A stretch of DNA of 64,000 bases. Source: an uncultured Candidatus Saccharibacteria bacterium. Lineage in GTDB: Bacteria; Patescibacteriota; Minisyncoccia; Phycocordibacterales; JACOZG01. Of this stretch, positions 9,749 through 18,499 are shown one piece after another. The position numbers were made by a program, and so were the translations under genes. The stretch spans positions 5,574-69,573 of the forward strand of contig CAYHYA010000001.1 in assembly GCA_964360815.1 (NCBI GenBank), in the 5' to 3' direction. The notes under the pieces are model-generated. The model saw nothing but the letters and a program-made list of their open reading frames with translations. It had not been told where the DNA came from and did no database searches. Position 1 is the first letter of the stretch. Each line of letters opens with the position of its first letter.

Positions 9749-10322
9749 TTACAACGACATTAAACCGAAGAAGTTTATTATTCTCGATGGCGATCCTTAC
9801 GAGGTGCTCGAGTCGCACGTCTTTCGAAAACAACAACGCAAGCCGGTTAACGCTACCAAGCTAAAAAATCTAATCACCGGCGGCGTGCGCGAACATTCGT
9901 TCGCCGTAAGTGATAAGGTTGAAGAAGCCGGGCTCAACGAGCGCGAGGTCACTTATCTGTTCAGTAAAAAATGCCTGCCTGCCGGTGGGCAGGAATACTG
10001 GTTCTGCGAGGCGCAAGATAAAGCCAAGCGATTTAAACTGGAACCGGAAAAAGTCGCCGAGCAAATTAAATACCTTCGACCGAATGTTAATGTCCGACTA
10101 CTCACTTTCGGCGAGACCGTCCTTGGAATTAAAATTCCGATCAAGGTCGAGCTCAAGGTTAAAGAAGCGGCGCCGGCCGTGCGCGGCAACACCGTGCAGG
10201 GTGCCACCAAACAAGTGACGCTCGAAACCGGCTTCGTGGTCAACGTTCCAATGTTCGTTAACGAAGGCGACACGATTGTCCTCAACACCGAGACGGGAGA
10301 ATACGTGGAGCGAACGCAGTAA
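9741..10322 (+). CDS. efp: Translation elongation factor P
   Basis: 193 aa. [28 protein letters not shown]...[11 protein letters not shown] matches the N-terminal KOW domain and the three-domain length of EF-P. Confidence 0.8.
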   Translation: MLDYNDIKPKKFIILDGDPYEVLESHVFRKQQRKPVNATKLKNLITGGVREHSFAVSDKVEEAGLNEREVTYLFSKKCLPAGGQEYWFCEAQDKAKRFKLEPEKVAEQIKYLRPNVNVRLLTFGETVLGIKIPIKVELKVKEAAPAVRGNTVQGATKQVTLETGFVVNVPMFVNEGDTIVLNTETGEYVERTQ

Positions 10323-10340
10323 TAATTATTATTATTCCGT

Positions 10341-10360
10341 ATCTCTACGATCGTAGAGAT
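10341..10360. promoter_or_regulatory. Perfect 20-bp palindrome ATCTCTACGATCGTAGAGAT between convergent genes (efp and a hypothetical)
   Basis: Read directly from the sequence. There is no adjacent T-run, so it is not a classic intrinsic terminator. It may be a protein-binding site or a weak bidirectional terminator. Confidence 0.3.
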
Positions 10361-10424
10361 GTGGCATATTTCAGCCAAACGAAAACCCCAAACAAAGATT
10401 TGGGATCTTCGCTTGGGGGTTGGA

Positions 10425-10907
10425 CTATGCACTGACATCGATGAGCTCAAGCGGGCTGATCGCCAACTCGTCAACGCCCCTGTTGTCGTTGTTGCCAACG
10501 ACAACAAACTTGGTGCCTTGGTACTCGACAACGTCACCAGTCTTGGATTCCGAGTTGATAGTTGGTGGGAGTGCCGGGTGAGGACCAGAAATTTCACCGT
10601 CCAAAGTTCGCCCGAAATAGAGGTACGGGATGTTGTGAGCGTCCAAAACTCCCCAACAGTCAAGCAACGGACCGTAGAAATTAGAACCACCAGACTCTGC
10701 CCTGTTCTTGATCGCCCGCTCCCTGTTCTCGTAAACTAGCACGGACAAAGGAATTGGCCCCTTGATCGGTTCGACGCAGAAACACTCATTGAACTCTCTG
10801 GTGAGACGCTTGCCGATGTCGGTGTTGAGGTCGACAGTGGCAAGTAAGTGCATGAGCAGTTGGTTCTTCGCGCCAATCTGACAAAGGGCTGGCCAATTAC
10901 GCTGCAT
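10425..10907 (-). CDS. Hypothetical protein (160 aa), no family recognised
   Basis: Long ORF whose coding potential is consistent with its neighbours. It is adjacent to the HicAB module. Confidence 0.3.
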   Translation of the reverse strand: MQRNWPALCQIGAKNQLLMHLLATVDLNTDIGKRLTREFNECFCVEPIKGPIPLSVLVYENRERAIKNRAESGGSNFYGPLLDCWGVLDAHNIPYLYFGRTLDGEISGPHPALPPTINSESKTGDVVEYQGTKFVVVGNNDNRGVDELAISPLELIDVSA

Positions 10908-11062
10908 GGCAATCTCCTCAATTTACAAAGAAACTAGTTTGGTAACCCAGAAACTCCAGATTTACAAACCAAACACTACCTTTACCCTAGCATGTTTCCA
11001 GTGATTTTGTCAAGCGATTTTTGGGATTACTATCGGAAAAGTTAAAAAATGCCTCAATGGAG

Positions 11063-11314
11063 CTATTTCATCCACTCGTTTTTCGGAATACCTGATTGAA
11101 GAATTATGCTTTTCAATGTTCTCGGCTTGAGGGCTTTGCGACCATGAAATTGCACCTGCACTTGTCTCGGGATACCGCCCTGATGACCGAAGTAAAAGTG
11201 GTGACTTCCCTCAACATGAGTTAGTGAAAAATTATGTTCTTTTAAAAAATTTACAACGTCATCGAATGTCCAGTTAAAAACTCTCCTAGGCATTAGCGAG
11301 CAACTGTGTCCCAA
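11063..11314 (-). CDS. hicA: HicA-family mRNA interferase toxin
   Basis: FLKEHNFSLTHVEGSHHFYF...TLKSIILQSGI matches the HicA/YcfA consensus (GSHH, TLKSILKQAGI). Confidence 0.7.
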   Translation of the reverse strand: MGHSCSLMPRRVFNWTFDDVVNFLKEHNFSLTHVEGSHHFYFGHQGGIPRQVQVQFHGRKALKPRTLKSIILQSGIPKNEWMK

Positions 11315-11609
11315 AACTAATTTCTTGATAAGGAGAAGGGATTGGCTTGTTATTGTTTAATTTAAACCAAAGATTTTCATATTCCGAATCCGTAACTTGA
11401 TTTAAAATATGTGGCCGAGATTTAATTTTTCTGGCCGAGTTGATATAACCGGTAATAGCACTGAATAGATTGTTTACCACTTCCTCCCGAGACTCACCGT
11501 CCACAACAATATTAAACTCAAGACCAGCCCCATACCAAACACCGTCTTCTCTAAAGACAATGAAACGAACCTTACCTTTCTGAAGAGTATTTTTGTATTT
11601 CATAATCAA
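11286..11609 (-). CDS. hicB: HicB-family antitoxin
   Basis: N-terminus FIVFREDGVWYGAGLEF is typical of the HicB N-terminal domain. It overlaps hicA by 29 nt and lies immediately downstream of rpsR. Confidence 0.65.
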   Translation of the reverse strand: MIMKYKNTLQKGKVRFIVFREDGVWYGAGLEFNIVVDGESREEVVNNLFSAITGYINSARKIKSRPHILNQVTDSEYENLWFKLNNNKPIPSPYQEISFGTQLLANA

Positions 11610-11626
11610 TTTCGCTCGGGACCGGA

Positions 11627-11827
11627 CTAACTCGAAGAGAAAGGTAACAGGGCGAGGAAGCGGGCGCGTTTAACGGCGATCGTTAGTTTGCGCTGATGCC
11701 GCGCGCAGAGACCGCTACGTCGTTTGCCGCTAATCCGTGAATATGGGTCCAGAAACTTCTTCAGTGTTTCCACTTCTTTGTAATCCGGATAACGGATGTT
11801 GTTGTTGCAAAAATAACAGTGCTTCAT
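11627..11827 (-). CDS. rpsR: 30S ribosomal protein S18
   Basis: CYFC...IRYPDYKEVETLKKFLDPYSRISGKRRSGLCARHQRKLTIAVKRARFLALLPF is the bS18 signature. Confidence 0.85.
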   Translation of the reverse strand: MKHCYFCNNNIRYPDYKEVETLKKFLDPYSRISGKRRSGLCARHQRKLTIAVKRARFLALLPFSSS

Positions 11828-11855
11828 TTTCGTTGATGGGTTTAGGTGACGGTAA

Positions 11856-12311
11856 TTAAAATGGAATATCGTCCGGGTTAATTTCTTCCCCCGGGTATTG
11901 GATGGTTTTCAATTCTTCCGGCGCCGGTGATGGACTACCAGCGCTTGGTCCACGGGGCGCGTCGGCGGGAGCACTGCCGGCGCCGGCTTTCGGTCCGAAC
12001 TGCACGCGATCGGCGACCACTTCCGTGCGGTAACGCTTACTGCCGTCTTGGGCGTCCCAACTGCGAGTTTGCATTCGGCCTTCCACCAAAACCGACTGCC
12101 CCTTTTTCAAATACTGATTGACGATCTCGGCCTGTTGGCCGAAAACGACAATGTTGTGGAACTGGGTGTCTTCTTGTTTTTCGCCGTTTTTATTTTTAAA
12201 TACCCGATTGGTCGCCAAACCGAAAGTCGTGACCTTGATGCCGGAGGGTAGGGCCTTGAGTTCCGGGTCACGCGTTAAGTTACCGATTAAAATCGCTTTA
12301 TTTAGATACAT
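11856..12311 (-). CDS. ssb: Single-stranded DNA-binding protein
   Basis: OB-fold N-terminus (MYLNKAILIGNLTRDPELK...), Gly/Pro-rich linker and an acidic C-terminal tail ending DDIPF. Confidence 0.85.
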   Translation of the reverse strand: MYLNKAILIGNLTRDPELKALPSGIKVTTFGLATNRVFKNKNGEKQEDTQFHNIVVFGQQAEIVNQYLKKGQSVLVEGRMQTRSWDAQDGSKRYRTEVVADRVQFGPKAGAGSAPADAPRGPSAGSPSPAPEELKTIQYPGEEINPDDIPF

Positions 12312-12843
12312 AGGTTCCGGTGGTTAAAAGTTGTTCAATTTCTTTGTCCATTTCGTCGGTGCTCATAACCGGTTTGTCTGGCGGATTGGCCACCGCTTCG
12401 CTAGTTGACGCCTCGTCGGTTCTCTTCTGCCGGTTTTGTAAATGTTTCTCTTGGGCTAAAGCCGCTTGGGAAATTTCGAGGAGAAGAAACCGGATCAACT
12501 CCGGAGTTTGGCGGAAGGTGGTCGCTAACTTAACCGCCGCCGCCGGTTGACCGCGGAAACGCAAGGCGCCAAAGTAGCTATCACGAAAAGTCACTCGTTT
12601 GTTCTCAATCAGTTTACGAATCGGATAGGAGAGAGACAGTTTCCGCGCTGGCCAATCCCCAACCACTTCCGCATTAACGGCACTAATAACTTGTTTGAGA
12701 TATTTATTCGTGGCCTCGTCCAATCCCTCGGCGGGAATTAGCGGCGACAAAAGATAACCGATTTCGTAGGTTTTATTATCGGTTTCGGGCTCAATCTCGA
12801 GCTCGTCATTGATCGGCTTTTTTTCGTGGTTTTCGCTCATCAC
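12298..12843 (-). CDS. rpsF: 30S ribosomal protein S6 (with N- and C-terminal extensions)
   Basis: YEIGYLLSP...RKLSLSYPIRK...VTFRDSYFGALRF matches the bS6 core. The rpsF-ssb-rpsR operon order is conserved. Confidence 0.7.
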   Translation of the reverse strand: MMSENHEKKPINDELEIEPETDNKTYEIGYLLSPLIPAEGLDEATNKYLKQVISAVNAEVVGDWPARKLSLSYPIRKLIENKRVTFRDSYFGALRFRGQPAAAVKLATTFRQTPELIRFLLLEISQAALAQEKHLQNRQKRTDEASTSEAVANPPDKPVMSTDEMDKEIEQLLTTGTYVSK

Positions 12844-12869
12844 TAGGTTGGCTCGATCGTAACATATCG

Positions 12870-13700
12870 TCAGCCAACGGGCAAACTGACGGCCGGCAAG
12901 TTAAAGAAGCGCCGTGCGTTAGCCAGAGTGGCTTCCTCGATCGCGGCTGGGGTTAAGTGACGCAAAATCGCCAACTGCTTAACCACTTCTTCAACATAAA
13001 CCGGTTCATTCCGCCGGCCGCGCTGTGGCACTGGCGCCACGAACGGACAATCGGTCTCGACCATTAACCGATCGAGGGGCAGCTTTTTAATTACTTCTTC
13101 AGCGTCAGCCCTCGGCTGACCCGCCTTGGGCGGGAAGGTGATCACACCGGTAAAAGACAAACTGAAACCCCGATCGAGAAACTGGCTGGCCGTTGACCAG
13201 TCACCGGCGAAAAAATGAACATTCGCCCGCAGGTCAACGGCCTGATTTTTAAAATTGGAAAGAACGCCGAGAACTTCGTCGTAGGCCCGACGAATATGAA
13301 GCATGAGCGGCTTCTTCACCTTGATCGCCAATTCGATTTGTCGTTCGAAAATTTCGACCTGTCGCCGCCCACTCTCGCTCGATAGGTCAAACTTAGGTTC
13401 TCGTGTGTCTAGTCCGCATTCGCCGATCGCCACCACTTTAGGCTGACTGGCTAACTTGGTCAGTTCGGAAAGAATATTGGCCACCTCACTCGGCGCAGGC
13501 AAGTCGGTTGGATGAAGGCCGACCGTCGCCCACATCTCCGGGTTCGCTTCGGCTAAAGCCACGGCCGCCTGCGAAGTTTCGAGATCAGTGCCAACGTTGA
13601 TCACGCCAATCCCCGCGGCCCGCGCTCGGCCAATCACCCGCTCCCGATCCTCGTCAAACTCCGGAAACTGCAAATGGGCGTGAATGTCGATTAGTTTCAT
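12870..13700 (-). CDS. tatD: TatD-family metal-dependent hydrolase (DNase)
   Basis: MKLIDIHAHL...GLHP...ECGLD motif pattern of TatD/YcfH. Confidence 0.8.
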   Translation of the reverse strand: MKLIDIHAHLQFPEFDEDRERVIGRARAAGIGVINVGTDLETSQAAVALAEANPEMWATVGLHPTDLPAPSEVANILSELTKLASQPKVVAIGECGLDTREPKFDLSSESGRRQVEIFERQIELAIKVKKPLMLHIRRAYDEVLGVLSNFKNQAVDLRANVHFFAGDWSTASQFLDRGFSLSFTGVITFPPKAGQPRADAEEVIKKLPLDRLMVETDCPFVAPVPQRGRRNEPVYVEEVVKQLAILRHLTPAAIEEATLANARRFFNLPAVSLPVG

Positions 13701-13724
13701 CCGTTCGATGATAACATAAAAAAA

Positions 13725-14123
13725 CCCCTGAAATCACGAAAGTGATTTCAGGGTACCTCACATCGCTGTTCACGCTTAGGGATGACAGCTCAAATGTGTT
13801 TTCCTGAAGTCAGGATTTTTAACTTCAGTAAGCCTTCTTGATAACGGCCAAGTGGCGAAGCCGGCATCGAAACATTTTTTTATCATCCTTGCGGTTTGGA
13901 AGTTCCAAAGTCGATGCGCGCCTTTTCCCAACCTTACCGCAAGAGTCAATTCACCTGGTGGCGGATGAATTAACGGTGTAACTCGTTGCCACCAATCCCT
14001 TTCTTGCTTTCGGCCATACGAGTTTTATGGGCGAAAGGAGGAGGGACAAAAAGGTTCAGGATTTCAGGGCTGTACCTCGTGCTTCCCTGAAGATTCGTGC
14101 TCGAGTTCCTGCAACCTCTTCTA
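13725..14123 (-). ncRNA. Candidate ~400-nt structured non-coding RNA (class unknown) with its own promoter and intrinsic terminator
   Basis: A 510-bp gap lacks any ORF of 60 aa or longer. A sigma70-like promoter lies on the minus strand (TTGACA, 16 nt, TATACT). The 3' end is a perfect 12-bp GNRA-capped hairpin (CCCTGAAATCAC-gaaa-GTGATTTCAGGG) plus U7. Several internal inverted repeats and a repeated GAUUUCAGGG(CU)GUACCUC motif are present. Confidence 0.35.
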
Positions 14124-14129
14124 CTTTTA

Positions 14130-14157
14130 AGTATACATGAGACATTGATTCTGTCAA
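14130..14157 (-). promoter_or_regulatory. Sigma70-like promoter for the candidate ncRNA (-35 TTGACA, 16-nt spacer, -10 TATACT)
   Basis: Read on the minus strand as cacTTGACAgaatcaatgtctcatgTATACTtaaaag, 50 bp downstream of the metG stop. Confidence 0.4.
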
Positions 14158-14210
14158 GTGTTTATTTATGATTGAGTGATCGGGTTACTAAAATACGCCT
14201 AAAAACAAGG

Positions 14211-15671
14211 TTATTTCCGTGGAAATAGCGGTGGGGTCGGTGGCTGATTGATCTTAATACCGTCAATGATTTTTTCAGCGGTTGCCGGCATAAAAGGTTT
14301 GAGCGCGACAGCCAGATCGGCCAAACCTTGAACCAGTTTGGCGATGTCGGCGCGGGCGGTGGTCGGATCAGTTTTGATTAAATTAAACGGTTGAGTTTTC
14401 TGGATGTAGGCATCGTGGAGACCAATCTGCCGCCAGATTTCGTCCATTGCCTGACTAAACTGATAACCGGCGAGCGGCGTGGTTAAATGACTAAAAGCCG
14501 AGATTGATCGGCGTTCGTAGACGAACGGTTGGGATAAATGCGCGCTCGCAAGCGTCATCACCCGACTAACTAAATTACCCAAACCGTTCGCCAGATTGGC
14601 GTTGTAACACTCTTTAAATTTTTCCAACGTGACATCAGTATCTTCGAACGGTTGGACGTGACGGAGGAGAAAATAGCGCACCGCGTCAGTGCCGTATTCT
14701 TCGACTAGCTTGAACGGGTCAATCACGTTGCCGAGCGATTTCGACATTTTCTGACCGCCGCTCGTGATAAATCCATGAATCACAATTTGCCGCGACGGTG
14801 GCAAACCAACCGACAAAAGCATCGCTGGCCACATTGCCGCCTGCTGACGAAGATTATCTTTGCCGGCAAACTGGGTGACTGGCCACCACTTGTTGAAGCG
14901 GTTTTCGTCAGCGGGCCAACCGATCGCGGAAATATAGTTGACGAGGGCATCAAACCAAACGTACATCGTGTGCGCCGGATCGTCCGGTACTGGCACGCCC
15001 CACGGTTGCTTGGCCACCGAACGCGAAATGGAAAAATCTTCCAGTCCCCGACCAACAAACTCCCGAACCTCGTTTAGCCGAGAATTCGGCACGACGAAAT
15101 CTGGCCGTGTTTCGTAAAGTTCAAGCAGTGGTTTTTGAAATCGCGAAAAACGAAAAAAGTAATTTTCTTCGGCAATTAGTTCGAGTGGTTGGTTGGGATG
15201 AAGGGGGCAGAGATTGTTCGTGAGTTCGGATTCCGTTTTTTCCAGCTCGCAACCAACGCAGTATTTAAGCTGGTAATCTTTTTTGTAAATATCACCGGCG
15301 GCGGCCGCCCGCCGCCAAAATTCTTGGGCCGCGGCGACATGGGCAGGGTCAGTGGTTCGAACAAAGTTGGCGTCCGGCAAAATGCCAAGCATCGGCAATA
15401 ATTGCTTGAAGCGACCGGCCGTCCGAGTGACGTAGGTCGCCGGATCAAGTCCGGCTTGACTAGCCGCTCGAAAAATTTTTAAACCATGCTCGTCGGTGCC
15501 AGTGTTAAAAAAAACTTCCCGGCCAATCAAACATTCGTAACGAACCATCGTGTCAACGAAGACCAACTCCAAAGCGAAGCCGATATGAGGATCAGCGTTA
15601 ACGTAGGGTAGGGTGGTGGTAAAATAACGCGGCTCAAGCATTCTCGGCAGCGATCCGCTTTCTCTGTTCAA
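14211..15671 (-). CDS. metG: Methionyl-tRNA synthetase (short form, no C-terminal tRNA-binding domain)
   Basis: PYVNADPHIGF (HIGH-like) and KMSKSLGNVIDP (KMSKS). Class I catalytic core with a MetRS-type connective peptide. Confidence 0.85.
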   Translation of the reverse strand: MNRESGSLPRMLEPRYFTTTLPYVNADPHIGFALELVFVDTMVRYECLIGREVFFNTGTDEHGLKIFRAASQAGLDPATYVTRTAGRFKQLLPMLGILPDANFVRTTDPAHVAAAQEFWRRAAAAGDIYKKDYQLKYCVGCELEKTESELTNNLCPLHPNQPLELIAEENYFFRFSRFQKPLLELYETRPDFVVPNSRLNEVREFVGRGLEDFSISRSVAKQPWGVPVPDDPAHTMYVWFDALVNYISAIGWPADENRFNKWWPVTQFAGKDNLRQQAAMWPAMLLSVGLPPSRQIVIHGFITSGGQKMSKSLGNVIDPFKLVEEYGTDAVRYFLLRHVQPFEDTDVTLEKFKECYNANLANGLGNLVSRVMTLASAHLSQPFVYERRSISAFSHLTTPLAGYQFSQAMDEIWRQIGLHDAYIQKTQPFNLIKTDPTTARADIAKLVQGLADLAVALKPFMPATAEKIIDGIKINQPPTPPLFPRK

Positions 15672-16683
15672 GATCGTTTAACAGTTCCATGAGCAGCGTT
15701 GCCGCCGGCACGGCAAGGAGAATACCCAAGAAACCGGCCAGTTTAGCGCCAGTGATTAGAGCCAAAATAACAATGATTGACGGGACCCCGACAATTTTTC
15801 GAACCACCAACGGGTAAAGTAAATGATTTTCAAATTGTTGGATTATGATGTAAAGACCGGCGACCAAGAGACCAGTGGCGGCACTCGCCGTAAAACCAAT
15901 CAAGACGGCCGGCACGGCCGAAAGCACTGGCCCGAAAACCGGAATCAACTCGAAGCCGGCGGCCATCAGGGCAAGAATCAGGGCGTGTTCAATTTGCAAG
16001 ATGCTTAAACCCAAATAGACAATCACGCCGACCAACAAGCCGAGCAGCATTTGTCCTTGCATCCAACGACCGATCTTTTGTTCGGAACGATGCCAAAGAT
16101 TGAGAACATATTTTTCGTGGCGGGCGGGAACAATCAAACGCAGAAAGTTCCCCACTCCATCGTCTTGAACCGCTAAATAAAACGAAACAACCACGATCAT
16201 CACGAAACTGAAAAAGCCACCGAAAACCACGCTGACTGCCTCAAAAAAACCTTTGGATAAACCAGAAAAAGCTCCCTGAATACTGGTTGAGAGGTTGGCG
16301 AAATAATTTAAATCCGAAATTTTAGAAATCAAGCCGCCGGGTGCGTTTAAGAAAGATAGCGAGCCAAGTTTGGCTGGTAGGGTAGCGGAGATTTCGATTA
16401 AGTCGCTAAAAACCGGAACGAAAAATAACGGCAACAAACTAAACAATAGAGCGAAGACGAGCACATAAACAACGAGCACGGCCGGGACACGCGGCAAACG
16501 ATAACGTCCCAACCAGCGCACCGCCGGTTCAATCGCCGAGGCGATCACCACCGACAGCAGGATAAGTAACACCAAGTCGCGAAGGTAGTAAAGAAACCAG
16601 AACAGGGTCAGCCATAAAACCACCCGGATAATTGAGGCCGAGGTTATGTCGATGGTCATCCCCTCCCGACGAGTTTCCAACAT
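15634..16683 (-). CDS. AI-2E family transporter (PerM/UPF0118-like membrane protein)
   Basis: About 8 TM helices. The length and hydrophobic pattern are typical of the AI-2E family. Confidence 0.6.
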   Translation of the reverse strand: MLETRREGMTIDITSASIIRVVLWLTLFWFLYYLRDLVLLILLSVVIASAIEPAVRWLGRYRLPRVPAVLVVYVLVFALLFSLLPLFFVPVFSDLIEISATLPAKLGSLSFLNAPGGLISKISDLNYFANLSTSIQGAFSGLSKGFFEAVSVVFGGFFSFVMIVVVSFYLAVQDDGVGNFLRLIVPARHEKYVLNLWHRSEQKIGRWMQGQMLLGLLVGVIVYLGLSILQIEHALILALMAAGFELIPVFGPVLSAVPAVLIGFTASAATGLLVAGLYIIIQQFENHLLYPLVVRKIVGVPSIIVILALITGAKLAGFLGILLAVPAATLLMELLNDLEQRKRIAAENA

Positions 16684-16723
16684 GGCCCAATTCTACTACA
16701 AACCGGCCAGCGATGGAAAGACG

Positions 16724-18169
16724 CTAATTCCCGATTTGGAAAATCCCCGACCCGCCGTAAATCGTTTCGCCGTTGACCACCGTGGAGAGACGGAACCAGT
16801 AAGAACCAGGTGTAATCGAGGCGAAAGCCACATTTTTACTACCAGTGTTCTGATTTAAGGAAGGAGTAAAATTACTAACTAATTGGTTATTGGGCGTCAT
16901 CAGTTCGACTCGAATTAGATTGCCATTGGGGACATTACTTGATGTCCAAGTCACCATTTTGGGCGAATCGGCCTGACGCCAAAGATTGTTCGCCAACGGG
17001 GCTGTCACATTGATCGAGGCGGTGGTTTGAGCTGGCGGCGGATTAGTACACTGGGTCGTATTGAGAGTGCAACTACCACTACAAATTAGAGAACCGAGAG
17101 AGTAACCATAAGAACCGCAAGTCAACGAACCGAAATTGTTGCCATCACATTGTTCTCCACCTTCAATTAAACCGTTACCACAAGTAGTCGCGGGCGGCGG
17201 CGGAACGGAAGTCGGAGCGGCGGTAAATTGGAAAATCCCCGACCCGCCGTAGATGTTTTGCCCGTTAACGACAGTGGAAAGACGGAACCAATAGGCGCCA
17301 GTCGGCAAACTGGAGTTGGTCAAACGACCAGACTCAACGCCGTCGTTTGCGGTAGTGAAATTAGAAAAACCAGTGGCCGGCTGATTGTTGGGGGTCCAGA
17401 GCTCAACCAAAATCGTGTTGCCGTCTGGAATGTTTGTGTCCGACCAATAAATCACCGGTCCGTTATTCACCGTCCATGAGCTGTTAGCCGGCGGCGAAGA
17501 CACATTGATCGTGACGGGACCAGGAGGAATCGGAGGTGAGGGTGGTGAAGTGAAATCGTTGCCGGTACTACCGCTTGCCGGCAGACAACTGTTCGAGAGT
17601 AAGTTGCCGTTCGGGCAAACAGAAGTCGAAGAGGGTGAACTGGCGGTAATGGTGAACCAGCGACTCCAACCGGTGATGGTCTCGCCGTTAACCGTAGTGG
17701 TGATTCGGACGCGATATTGGCCCGGCGCGGGCTGACTGTTCAAAACAAGGTTCTGCCGGCCGTCGTTTATAGTATTGAGAACACTTGTCGCACCGGTAAA
17801 TCTATCGGCCGAATTTAAAACTCGGACATCAACTAATGTTTCTGGCGGTAGGTCTTGACTCCACCACCGTACCGGCAATTCCGATCCGGCTTCATAACTA
17901 CCACCGCCCGGTACCGTGACGGTGATACTGGAGGTGGTGGTGGAATTATTAATGCTGGTTGAAATTCGTTGACCGATTGCTTGTCCCTGTAAAACTAGCA
18001 ACTGTTGTTGAAGTTGGGCGATCAAAGCATTGAGCTGGCTGATCAGTTGTTGCAAATAAGCCGCTGAGATGTTTTGCGTCTGCGCTTCGACTGGAGGTAA
18101 ATTGATAAAACCGATCGAGACGATAATTAATAAAAGACTAACAAAAACAAACCTTGATTTTCTATTCAT
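16724..18169 (-). CDS. Secreted repeat protein with three ~95-aa beta-domain repeats, a Myxococcus-type cysteine-rich repeat (CGNGxxExGEQCDxG) and the CPNGNLLSNSCLP motif
   Basis: Signal peptide MNRKSRFVFVSLLLIIVSIGFINLPPVEAQ. Internal repeats end ...YWFRLSTVVNG(Q/E)(N/T)IYGGSGIFQ. The DNA repeats at 16738..16803 and 17230..17296 were read directly. Confidence 0.55.
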   Translation of the reverse strand: MNRKSRFVFVSLLLIIVSIGFINLPPVEAQTQNISAAYLQQLISQLNALIAQLQQQLLVLQGQAIGQRISTSINNSTTTSSITVTVPGGGSYEAGSELPVRWWSQDLPPETLVDVRVLNSADRFTGATSVLNTINDGRQNLVLNSQPAPGQYRVRITTTVNGETITGWSRWFTITASSPSSTSVCPNGNLLSNSCLPASGSTGNDFTSPPSPPIPPGPVTINVSSPPANSSWTVNNGPVIYWSDTNIPDGNTILVELWTPNNQPATGFSNFTTANDGVESGRLTNSSLPTGAYWFRLSTVVNGQNIYGGSGIFQFTAAPTSVPPPPATTCGNGLIEGGEQCDGNNFGSLTCGSYGYSLGSLICSGSCTLNTTQCTNPPPAQTTASINVTAPLANNLWRQADSPKMVTWTSSNVPNGNLIRVELMTPNNQLVSNFTPSLNQNTGSKNVAFASITPGSYWFRLSTVVNGETIYGGSGIFQIGN

Positions 18170-18182
18170 GGTCCCAATTCTA

Positions 18183-18191
18183 CCCCCCCCC
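18183..18191. repeat. Homopolymeric C9 (G9 on the coding strand) tract 21 nt upstream of the start codon of secreted repeat protein 16724..18169
   Basis: Read directly: tacccccccccctgaatt. Confidence 0.8.
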
Positions 18192-18215
18192 TGAATTAGC
18201 GGGCAAGGTGGAATG

Positions 18216-18259
18216 TTGACAACCGAAAATCGGTCGAGTATGTTTATGATATTATCATA
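18216..18259 (+). promoter_or_regulatory. parDE promoter (TTGACA, 17 nt, TATGTT) with an overlapping 15-bp palindrome TATGATATTATCATA, the likely ParD operator
   Basis: Read directly, 16-60 bp upstream of the parD start codon at 18275. Confidence 0.45.
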
Positions 18260-18274
18260 TTAAATTATAGTACT

Positions 18275-18499
18275 ATGTCTACCTTATCCGTCCCCCTGTC
18301 GCCCACCCAAGAAGAATTTATCAAGAACATGGTCAAATCCGGTGCGGCGGCCAACAAGGCCGACGTGGTGCGCAAGGCCCTTAAACTGCTGGCCGAAGAA
18401 GAGGCCGTGATGACCGTGCTCAAGGCCGAGGAAGAATTTCGTCAGGGTAAATATTTCACCGGTGACCTAGAAAAAATCATTAGGAAATTTCCCGGCTAA
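18275..18499 (+). CDS. parD: ParD/RelB-type ribbon-helix-helix antitoxin
   Basis: SVPLSPTQEEFIKNMVKSGAAANKADVVRKALKLLAEEE matches the ParD consensus. Its stop overlaps the toxin start (ATGA). Confidence 0.65.
   Translation: MSTLSVPLSPTQEEFIKNMVKSGAAANKADVVRKALKLLAEEEAVMTVLKAEEEFRQGKYFTGDLEKIIRKFPG

Noticed and set aside
9953-10690. 245-aa minus-strand ORF overlapping efp.
   Set aside because: It overlaps a confidently identified efp gene on the opposite strand over most of its length. It has a low-complexity Ser/Thr/Leu-rich translation.
13725-14123. Identifying the candidate ncRNA as RNase P RNA, tmRNA, SRP RNA or 6S RNA.
   Set aside because: None of the universally conserved signatures are present. 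These are the P4 strands GGAAAGUCCGG and ACAGAANCCGGCUUA, a tRNA-like acceptor/T-arm with tag ORF, and the SRP domain-IV GGAA/AGCAG loop.
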